NCBI RefSeq assembly: GCF_006345805.1
Contig: NC_043002.1
Span: 100,130,001-100,194,000, forward strand
Origin: Octopus sinensis
Taxonomy: Eukaryota
Length of the DNA: 64,000 bases
Direction: 5' to 3'
Shown piece after piece: positions 54,041 to 64,000 of the stretch. The notes below the pieces were generated by a model. It made no database searches. It was not told where the DNA came from and saw only the letters and a program-made list of their open reading frames with translations. The translations under genes were made by a program, and so were the position numbers. Position 1 is the first letter of the stretch, and each line of letters begins with the position of its first letter.

Positions 54041-54868
54041 TATGATGCTCTCCGATCTCTACACATTTATATCATATAATCATATGCTTCCCAACACCTT
54101 ATGAATGTATTTGGCAAGATTCCCTTGACAAACACATTTAATGTTTTTAAAATAAGTGAAACACGTTATTGTAAGAGAACATACTCTTCACAGGGTTGAA
54201 ATGAAGTTCAACTTAATTCAGTTATAAGGAGCAACACTGCTCAAGAGTGCTTGTGTCATAGATAGACTAAAGACTCGGTTTGCTTAAAGCTTCAGTCATT
54301 ACAGATTTTCCTATTTCATTTCAATTTGGATATTGATATCGAACTTTGGCTAAAATCCAGATAATTTGTAAACACTGTCCGTATTCAATTGAAACACGTC
54401 CAATAGATTGCTATTAATTAGCTTATCGATCCTGAGCGATAAAAGGTTAAATCAATAAGGGCGTGGTTGACCTTTCCATTTCGTTCAGAGTGATGAAGTC
54501 TATATTATATGGAATACATAACACACACAAACACATATATAATATATTGTCAGTTAGTTGTCCATTTGTCGGAATCAAAAGCACACTCAGTGTAATTAAT
54601 AAAGTTAGTATATTTTATATTGTGGAAGATATATTATTGGTTACGGTTTATAAATGGTCAGAATTCTACGTCCGTTTCGCATCAAATGTTCATTCATGGC
54701 AATATTCAGCGCGAACCTACAAAATATGGTGATCTGTTTAATTATAAGCCATAACTAGAAATGTATATATGTGTGTTTGTGTGTTTGTGTGTGTGTGTGT
54801 ATACACGAAATTTATTCAAATTACAATTTACAACAGTGCAGTTATTTCGTAGGAGATTTAAAAATTAA

Positions 54869-55030
54869 AGCATGGAGTGGCTGTGTGGTAAGAATCTTGC
54901 CTACCAACCACATGGTGCTGGGTTCAGTCCCACTGCGTAGCACCTTGGGCAATTGTCTTCTGCTATAGCCTCGGGCCGACCAAAGCCTTGTGAGTGGATC
55001 TGGTAGACAGACAGTGGAAGAAGCCCGTTG

Positions 55031-55068
<38 letters not shown>

Positions 55069-55287
55069 CGTGTATATGTTTGTGTGTCTGTTTGTTCGTC
55101 CCTCCCCCACCATCCCTTGACAACCGATGCTGGTGCGTTTACGTCCCCGTAACTTAGCAGTTCGGCAAAAGACTCTGATAGATTAAGTACTAGGGTTGCA
55201 AACAATGAACTATGGGGTCGATTTGGGCGACTTTAAAGTCGGTGCTCCAGCATGGCCGCAATAAAATGATCGTAACAAATAAAAGAC
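54869..55287 (+). mobile_element. SINE family 'A'
   Basis: Co-linear with 25471-25884. Confidence 0.88.
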
Positions 55288-56379
55288 TAACGTAAACAAT
55301 GAGACAGACAAACAAATGGCGGTATACGTTCGTGTACGTCTTTTCCAGTGTGAATCCGAAGTGTCTTAGCTAAGACAGCAATCAACAGTGTGAGGAGAAT
55401 TGTAGTTAGCGATATGATTGGTCTTATACCCGATCGCAGGATTACATAATCATAACCATAAATTCGTGTATTTACATGTGAGTGTGTTATGCACACTGCG
55501 TCATGTTTCTCTTTTGTATACTTTCTACAACATATCTACTTTGACGTAATTCTCCTGTAATCAGTCATTCTGCGCTAACCTTCAATACAGAACTTAAGCA
55601 ATTTTCTTCTTTTACTAAACACTTAATCGTATAATATATGGTGCAATGAATCTGGTTCATAGCTTTGTTAATGTTGCAATATGTTTACTTGGACTACAGA
55701 GCATTGCCATTCAGTTTCTTCATTGTTTATGATCGGGAATTGAATTATTTTCGTACGGTAACATCTATTGATTACATATGACTAAACAACAATTGATGTA
55801 TATACTTATAATCATAAAGCATCTATAAGTGAATTAGATATCTTAAACATCAGACCCAATTACTAAAACAGGATTAAGTAATGTGCGTATTTACATTGTG
55901 GATTTTCCTATGTAAATATTCCCCCACTTTCTCTGCCTATATTTATAGATATACGGTCTGTAGTATTACCAATCTATATAGTTTGTACTTTTACCAGTGT
56001 CAATCTTTATATGAACCTAAGTTCATTTCTGTTTAATTGCTCGTATGTAGGTGTATCCTCGTAAATATGCATCCGATCTTGATTATGTACGCGTTTATAT
56101 CCTTGAGAACAAAGAAATTATGCGCTTTATTTTTTGCATATGATTAAATATATTTGACGTATGGAAAATTTATTATCGTATAATGGATGGAAACTGTCTC
56201 CATCAATCTTTCAGCTAAATGAAGAAATCAGAGTTTGAAAGTCAATCTTCAGACCGGAAACTGTTCTGGTCGAAGTAAACGTTAATTAGGTAAATCTTTA
56301 AGTGGAACATCTATCACTGAGAATACACAACGAAGCTGGTAGCTCGTATTTGATTTTAACTCTTCAATTATAGAGGTTC

Positions 56380-56560
56380 GTCATCACTATCATTATCATC
56401 CTCAATATCATCATCATCATCATCGTCGTCATCGTCACATTGTCATCGTTGTCCCCTTTATTGCTATATACATTGTCTTTGTCGTTGTTGTTGCCATATT
56501 CATCATCTGTATCATCATCATCATCTGTATCATCATCATCATCAGCAGCAGCAGCAGCAA
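56380..56560. repeat. Degenerate (CAT)n/(CGT)n/(CAG)n trinucleotide tract
   Basis: Directly visible. Confidence 0.8.
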
Positions 56561-56914
56561 TCATTATATTTTCAGTTGTTGATTCTATCCTTAATAACGC
56601 TGCATCGCCTAGAACTTCGTACATGGACTACATTTTGTCAACTTGACATTAACGCTTTGATTTCCTTCTCCTAATCCCGACGTTATCGCCCAAAAAATAT
56701 GTCTTCGCTTCCAGTCATCATCAGACAGTATAAGATTGCATGTGTATTATTTCAGCTCAATTAACAATATGGACCATGGCATATTTTGTATAAGGAAACT
56801 ATGCTGGATTACAATCCTTTCCCGTAATTCTGGATTTGGAAAGTTGTTCAATTTCTCATTGTTATATATTCTATAAGAATATACATACACGAATACAATA
56901 ATTTCATCTAAATG

Positions 56915-57230
56915 AAGGCGCATGCATTAGTGACATCCGGCTTACGATTGTAAGGTCGTCAGTTCGATTCCCGGCGACGCGTTGTGTCCTTGAGCAAGAC
57001 ACTTTATTTCACGTTGCTCCAGTCCACTCAGCTGGCAAAAATGAGTTGTACCTGTATTTCAAAGGGCCAGCCTTGTCACACTCTGTGTCACGCTGAATCT
57101 CCCTCAGAATTAGGTTAGGTGTACGCGTGTCTGTGAATTGCTCAGTCACTTGCACGTTAATTGCACGAACAGGCAGTTCCGTTGATCGTATCAGCTGTGA
57201 CTCTCGTCGCCGTAACAGGCAGAGTGCTCA
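56915..57230 (+). mobile_element. tRNA-derived SINE ('B'-related)
   Basis: B box AGTTCGATTCCC; the body GTACCTGTATTTCAAAGGGCC..GTCACGCTGAAT is shared with 12070-12258. Confidence 0.85.
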
Positions 57231-58849
57231 AGAGTGCTCAAAATTTCATCTAAAATAAGATGTTTTTCCTTCATTTGGTCTTTGACCGAGAGAAATGGAC
57301 GTTATCAGTCGGACTCGAACGGTTATTGGATGTTTCGAATCAGAACCATAACGCCTTTCCGCTGGTAGATCAGTAGTGGTGGTCAATTCACTACTCATCC
57401 TCTCGTCCTGACTTCCAGCTTAAATTCTCCCCTCCGCGCATTTCGCGAACTCTCTCATTATGCGCGCAACTGATTTTCTCTCTCTTCTTCTTCATCTAAA
57501 ACATCAAGAATTCATTGGGTATCATCGATTTCATATGATTAACCAAGTTATTAGTATAAAATTTAATTTCAGTTCTTCACGCAGTTAATACGTTCCTAAA
57601 TTTTCCATTTTTTTTTTATTGGTACACTTGAAATCAACGAGGAACGGCGAGTGTCTGTAGATATTTTTATACTCGCTATAACTGTTGTATTTTTTTAGAC
57701 CCCATCAATATTGTCCTAAGTAAACAATGGCAAATAAAATACCTTAGCCTAGTGAAAAGAAGAAGAACACGAGAGGGAGCAAGAAGGCATCTGTTTAATA
57801 AGATCACGTCAATGGGGATGGACCTGGATTTCAATAGTAATAACAGTAGGGGATTGTGCATATTTCGTCGACTAATAGATTACATTAAGAAATCTTATGG
57901 AAAATTATAATAAACAAAAGGAAAGTATGTAGGCAAGCTTAGATAAATTATTAGTTTCTAACCACAAATACAGCGTAATCAACACGTAACTGGAAGTTAT
58001 TTTCCTGGCCCTGAAACAACATGATAAATCCCCCTCGGTGAAATTTGAAAGCAAAACGCAAAATTATGAACGAAAAGTACGTTTATCCTTGGAATAAAGA
58101 AGTTGTACTTATGTTCTGTCTAGACCCATAGGTACAAGTGAGAGACAGTTGATATTTTTCTGGATCATCTACTATTTGTCAGTTGCACGAAAAGGGAAAA
58201 AGAAAAAAAATGCGAATAAGTTTAAGTCCCTTGTATTCATATACTGAGGAGGAGGAGAGACTAGGTGATTTAGTTAATGTGAGGCTTGAGGATGTCAGAG
58301 AACATCAGGGGCGTTGAGTGAGCCAGAAACTATTGATTAGGGTGTGCCAACGTGGAGATGACATCTGACCAGTTACTTGCAATGAATAGACACTATTGTC
58401 CCATCGATTTCTCTTTAACTTACTAGGTCAGGTGTTGCAAAAAATGCTATAAGGCCTTAGCTACAACATATATCAGCATGTACGCCCAGACATGCATATG
58501 TCTGTGTGTGCATGAGTGTGTGTGTGTATCTCTGTGTGCATGGGCGTGTGTGTGTATGTATGTCAGCAGTCAGAAGTACAAGTGGCGTTTTGCCTGCAAA
58601 ATCTGGTGACCCTTCAGTTAATTGTAATCACAGAACTGTCTCTTCCTCAGCTTTTCATTTTTCCACCCCACTTATGAAAAAGCTTTTCACTTTTTAATTA
58701 TTGCATCAATACAAATAAGACAATTTTCTTCTCTCATTCAAGAAATCTGGGCCAATTCTTTTTAATACATATTTGTTGTTGATAATCAATCGCCGCTACT
58801 GTTGGATTGCCCATCAGTTTTAGGTGTCTGGAAAGAAGCTATGAAGTAG

Positions 58850-60330
58850 ATCTGACAGCCTAAAAGGGATTATATTTGATATTGAATTTGATATTTTAAA
58901 AAGACTTCATGCGATTTAAAAATAGGTCATATTGACAAAGCATCAAGTCGTGTTATGTTTACAGTGGGAATAATACGTGACAACAGAGAGAAAATTATGC
59001 CAAGTGCTCAAGAAATTACTCTGTTAACTGTCCGGACCCTAAATGCATAAAATGGAAGGATACTTGAGTGCATAGATCGAGTACCAGAATCGGCGAACCG
59101 ATCGAAATTCGAAATAGAGCGAAAATCGTATGAGCAGGTTTGCAGAAAAAGAACCTTTTAATGAAAAACCCACCTTGACTAGGGTTTTTAAAAGTTTTAG
59201 AAGCGCATCAATTCGCACAGCATAAAAATGACGGCCGAAACTGCGAGCGCTGATACAAAGGCTGCTAGTTATTCTGAGCAGTTAAAGAAAATTACTTCCG
59301 GAGAGGGCTGCACAGCAGAGCAAGTATACAATGTTGATGGAGCTGCACTTTTTCTCGAAGCACATGGACTTTTATTACCCAAGAAGACAAATCAACACCA
59401 GGATTTAAAGCTTCCAAAAACTAACACTTCGTTTGAGAGGAAATACCATTGCTAACATGAAATCAAAACCTCTACACGTGACGAAAATCTAAGGGTTTTC
59501 ACAAGTTACACAATGTTTAATTTTCCTCTGTTCCGGCATCGATGTCTAAAAAACATTTGAGAATGGTTTACAAATGTCCTTTGTCCTCCGGTACGGTGCC
59601 AGATATAATATTTCCAACGAAAGCTAGCTTCCTTTAGGCAATACACAGAATCAGCCAGCGAAGTTAGATGACCTTTCTGATAATGTGAAAGTAGAATCTA
59701 TCCCCCAAAATATAACTTCTTTGCTCCATCCAAGCCAACTTATATGAAAATTGTGATAATATAAGCGTAGAATATATCCACGAAAATACAACTTGTCTGC
59801 TCCAGTGGTTGAATGAAGGCGTGAGAGTTGCATTCTAAGCGTATTATATCAGAGAACTTTCAAACAAGTTATGAAAAGAATTGACTGCGCGGGTTGCGGT
59901 AAACCTGGAAGAAAACCAACATAAAGGATGCTGTGGATCATATAGCGAAGTAATGGTATGAAGTGAAACCTCTTACTTAGAATGCTGCTTGGAAAGGTAG
60001 ATAATCAGACTGTATCCGTAACATTACAGGTTTTCTTCAAGTAGAAAGTTTTTACAAGAAAACCTTGACGAGCAGCTGGTGCTGTTAGAAAATAAACAGG
60101 CTGGGAATTCAGATGAGACAACGGAGGTTCTACCTACACCACATAAATTGACTACAAAAAAAATATTGTTTAATGGTTGATCCCTTATAGAGGAAGCTTT
60201 GCAGGTTTTTGTTGATTATGATCCTAATCGTGAACGTAACATACAAGAGATGCTTACTATGAGCACATTTCCTATACTATAAAGGGATGATGCGCCAGAA
60301 GCGAAAACAACTTGGGATACGTTCTTCACA
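58850..60330 (+). mobile_element. Highly decayed pogo/Tigger-like transposase relic
   Basis: MTAETASADTKAA..EQVYNVDGAALF resembles GEAASAD..QVFNxDETGLF, and VKVESIPQNITSLLHP resembles VxFLPPNTTSLIQP. Boundaries are approximate. Confidence 0.65.
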
Positions 60331-60814
60331 CCACAGGCTGACATTGGTGATAATGAATTATAAAATAGTAAGTATTGTCCCTCATCGCCCTTTTAATAAT
60401 CATTCCACCACTGCAATAGTCAGCATTTTTTGTGGTAAGGACGTACTCCTACAATATTATGATTCTTATTAATTTTCTAATTTACTCCTCTTGAAATTGT
60501 TTGTTATGTATTCGAATTGTACCGTGTATGCTTAGAAATCGTCTGTAAAGGTGATCAGGCTCATTATTCTCCGTTCTTTTCTTGTCCTTTTGTTTTTTCG
60601 AACAAAGTCCTCAGGAATGCAATTTCACCTGAGAATATGAAAAAAAAATAATTAGCATACTTAATTTCGCCTTCAGGAATCCTGCTATTTAACCAGAATT
60701 TCAGGAATGCATTACTTCCATAAAATGAGTGATTCTTGTACACACACACACTCACACACACATGTATATATATATATATATAATATATATATATATATAT
60801 AATATATATATATA

Positions 60815-60871
60815 TTGTTCGTTTGTTTTCCACCTGCCTTCGTCTTTTGTCTATTTTCATAAAGCTTCCCG

Positions 60872-60875
<4 letters not shown>
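60815..60875 (+). mobile_element. Terminal fragment of the 8611/13495 repeat family
   Basis: TTCCACCTGCCTTCGTCTTTTGTCTATTTTCATAAAGCTTCCCGTTA lies between TA runs. Confidence 0.8.
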
Positions 60876-60903
<28 letters not shown>

Positions 60904-61767
60904 TGTGTGACTATTGAGAAAAACCAAAAGATTGGCAGAACCATTTGGAGGGTGCAACGAAGTTGTTGCAGACAGTAGGTCTCTTTCGGGAGGTTGGTGT
61001 ATGCTGGTTACAAAAGAAACACCCAATATCACCTCATCATTGTGCGTTTAAAATGAAATAAAATAAAACCACGCTTGGTCTCGACGGAAAACAAACACCA
61101 AGAATAAGTTGAAGAGAGGAAGCAACCTCGATGATATTGCTGATAAAATAACGGTGCCATTTAAAATATCATTCGATCAAAGATGGAAGCCGATTGAGTG
61201 ATGCTACGTATGATCGTGTTTTTAATGCAATCCAAGAAGCACTTTATAATTGAGAAAAAATAGATATTTGATTAATTACATTGCTAATACGTTGCAAATA
61301 TCTGAATTTGCATGTTGCTTATCCGCCCTACAATTAAATCTCAATTTGTCGAGCCGATCTAGGAAGTCTCAGCACAGTCGTTCCGGCTGCTACAAGCGGT
61401 GGGAAACATTTGCTATTATCACAACTCCGTTTTTAATAAAGTACATTAGATGTTGTAGACTTAGATATATTACATATGCAAAAAAATAAAGTGGGTCACA
61501 GCTTGGACGACGATTGACCTAATAGGTATACTGAATCAGCCGGATCTGGAGCCAATCATCATCATGAGTACCGGCAATACATCCCTCGATAACTTTCGTA
61601 TTGTTTTTAAAAAGAAAAGGAATTATACAATATTACTAGCGAAGAAATAAATCTAGCTGTTCTTGCATTTAGTCCTAATAGTCCATACAAATGATCAATG
61701 AGATTCCAACCGCATTCATTTTGTATATTTTTTTCGTTCATAGAGCTTTTCGGACTATATATATATT

Positions 61768-62065
61768 GAGACCCCCTTCGGTCATGACTGACCGTGGGAT
61801 TGCACCTACAAAGTTACCCTCCCAGGCAGAAGTCCGGCCAAGGTTGTTTATGGAAGACCAGCAGTCGCCCATGCATACCAGCCTCCCCTCTCCACGCCAC
61901 CAGTGTTATCCAAAGGAAAGGCAAAGGCCAATACAGCTTGGTACCTGTGACGTCGCAACTCATTTCTACAGCTGAGTGAAATGGAGCAACGTAAAATAAA
62001 GTGTCTTGCTCAAGAACACAACACGCAGCCCGGTCCGGGATTCGAACTCACAACCTCACGATCGT
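61768..62065 (-). mobile_element. tRNA-derived SINE ('B'-related head, third body type)
   Basis: The minus-strand head reads GAGTTCGAATCCCGGACC..CTTGAGCAAGACACTTTATTTTACGTTGCTCC; TA runs flank it. Confidence 0.8.
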
Positions 62066-62254
62066 ATATATTGTCGGTTCCGTCACGTTTTTAAGGCGGA
62101 ACATGTGATCTGGGATAGATTTAGTTGTTGGTTTTAAAACCGAACAGTGTAACATAAACTGGGACACTAATTGAGAGAGTTAAAAAACGTACGTTTGGTT
62201 TTACAAATGAGAGATAGAGAAAAAAGTCCGATGAACATTATTGTCCTAGGACTT

Positions 62255-62450
62255 ATAGGGCTGGATAGCCGGTTTCATTGACGTATAAGATACCGACATC
62301 ACAGCATTTCCCCCAGAAGAGACGCCGGTTCGTCGTAGGGTTCATCATTTACAGCTGAGTGGAATGGTTCCTCGGGAAAAGATTAAAGTGCACAGTCCTG
62401 GAAATGGACCACGAGTTTGTGATCGTGAGTGCAACACACGAACCACAAGG
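62255..62450 (-). mobile_element. Degenerate SINE
   Basis: TTTACAGCTGAGTGGA and GACGCCGGTTCGTCG resemble the SINEs at 61768 and 11005. Confidence 0.5.
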
Positions 62451-64000
62451 CATGGGCCTTACAGAATTTAAGACAGCGACTCCTTGTTATTGTATTGGTT
62501 TCAGTAATTGTTATACATATACTTGTGTGAGAAAACGGGAGTGAGAGAGAGAAAGAGAGAGAGAGAGAGAGAAAGAGAGAGGGAGAGAGAGAGGGAAAGA
62601 GATTGTGTGTGAATACAAAAATGCATGTCGAGTACCGCTCACAAGGTATCAAATAGTCAATGCAGGATTATTGTAGATAATGATTCCAAGGTACTGTGCA
62701 GCTGGATGGAACCTGTAACACGTGGAGCTACAAGTTCTAAACCACATGTTTGTGCTCGCGCGCGTCTGTCTATGTGTCTGCGTGTGTGTTTGTGTGTGTA
62801 TGTGTGTTTGTGTGCCTGCGGGTGTATTTGTGTATGTGTATGTATGTATGTATGTATGTATGTATGTATGTATGTATGTTTGTATGTATACCGGAGCAAG
62901 TTATGTGTTCGAAAATATATCAAATGTATATTGGCAAGTAATTTGTTTAATAATGGATGAGGATCTTTTCAGTGGAAAATAACTCAATATTTGCGTTCTT
63001 TAAAACTTATCATTCATTAAATCACGAGTAATGAAAATATTGAAATACACAGTAAACAACAGGCATTTCATTTGTTAGTAATACGCTATCTCACGCTGTC
63101 TCTGTTTTGTTTTAGTTTATTTAGTTTAGCATTCTCTTGGCTTCCTTTAATTGAAGTCATTACTTGTTATTGTTGAATATTTTGTTTTCCGATGGGTGCT
63201 TTCCTTTTTAGTTTTATTTGGTTGATGCTATATGTTTTGTTTGATACTTCTTTATTTTATTTGAATTTTTTTTTAAATTATATTTGTTGAGTTTGGTAGA
63301 AGGAAAGTTTATTCAGTACGTTTACAGATTGATATCAATGAGGAAAGAGCAGAGTAACCAGATCTTCGAACAATTAGTTATCTCCAAAAGCGAGAAGCGG
63401 CGATTATTGGGGAAAAGAAGCAGAAAGAACAAAGACAGATAAAGAGATAGAGAGAGAGAGAGAGATGGAGAGGAACAGAAGAAGAAAGGTAAATGGGAAG
63501 AGAAAATAGCGGATATAATAATGATCGGTCTCAGCTGCTTTCTAAAAATAACACTTTTATTTACAGTCAACGGATTGTCAAGTAATGTTCGAATACTGTG
63601 CTTAATGGCAGGAGATAAAGATTGGAAAATACGAAGTAAATGAACTGAGTGAGAGAGAGACAGAAAGTGAAAGAGGAGAAAAAGAGAGGCAGTGACAGTT
63701 ATGATAGAAATACAGAAGATATTAGAGTGATAGAGAAATTATAAACGGAATATATTTGGATGAAAGAAAGAAAAAGGAATCTCCGTGTAGGTGAGAAGTT
63801 CAAAGTTGATTTATTAAAATCGTAGGGGATTAATATAACGCGAAATTTGGGCGAGAGAAACTACTCAAAACTGTGTTCGGTTCTGTAGTTAAGGTACATT
63901 TTTGGGAAAGGATGTAGTCGATTATATTCATTCTCTCGTAGCTGACAGTTTTTATTTTTTAATAATAGGGGTTCACGGGAGTTTATCCCTTCTTACACAG

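Noticed and set aside
56364-56624. Asp-rich ORF on the minus strand
   Set aside because: Degenerate (GAT)n microsatellite.
57700-57910. Open frame after TTTTTTTAG as the next BAIAP3 exon
   Set aside because: The phase-0 frame stops after 6 codons, and the open frame has no C2-domain motifs.

Overview
AT-rich, microsatellite-dense eukaryotic DNA. The repeat content resembles an octopus (coleoid cephalopod) genome; this is an inference, not verified. Most of the window is intronic or intergenic, and nearly all ORFs in the track are microsatellite artefacts. Two in-frame, phase-0 exons on the + strand (46091-46180, 48482-48649) encode the segment just before the C2A domain of a BAIAP3/Munc13-4 (UNC13D)-like protein. 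The rest is mobile-element debris: three CR1/L2-group LINE pieces, RTE 3' ends, R4/Dong-like RLE LINE pieces in (TAA)n tracts, two mariner relics, a pogo/Tigger relic, a Helitron-like end, about 15 tRNA-derived SINEs and a 100-N gap. The most unusual signal is a set of short non-coding fold-back elements in or beside (TA)n/(TG)n tracts. Several carry type I hammerhead-ribozyme motifs with a palindromic stem III, as known from Penelope-like elements. The best example is a 620-bp near-perfect palindrome (6477-7096) with one hammerhead motif on each strand.
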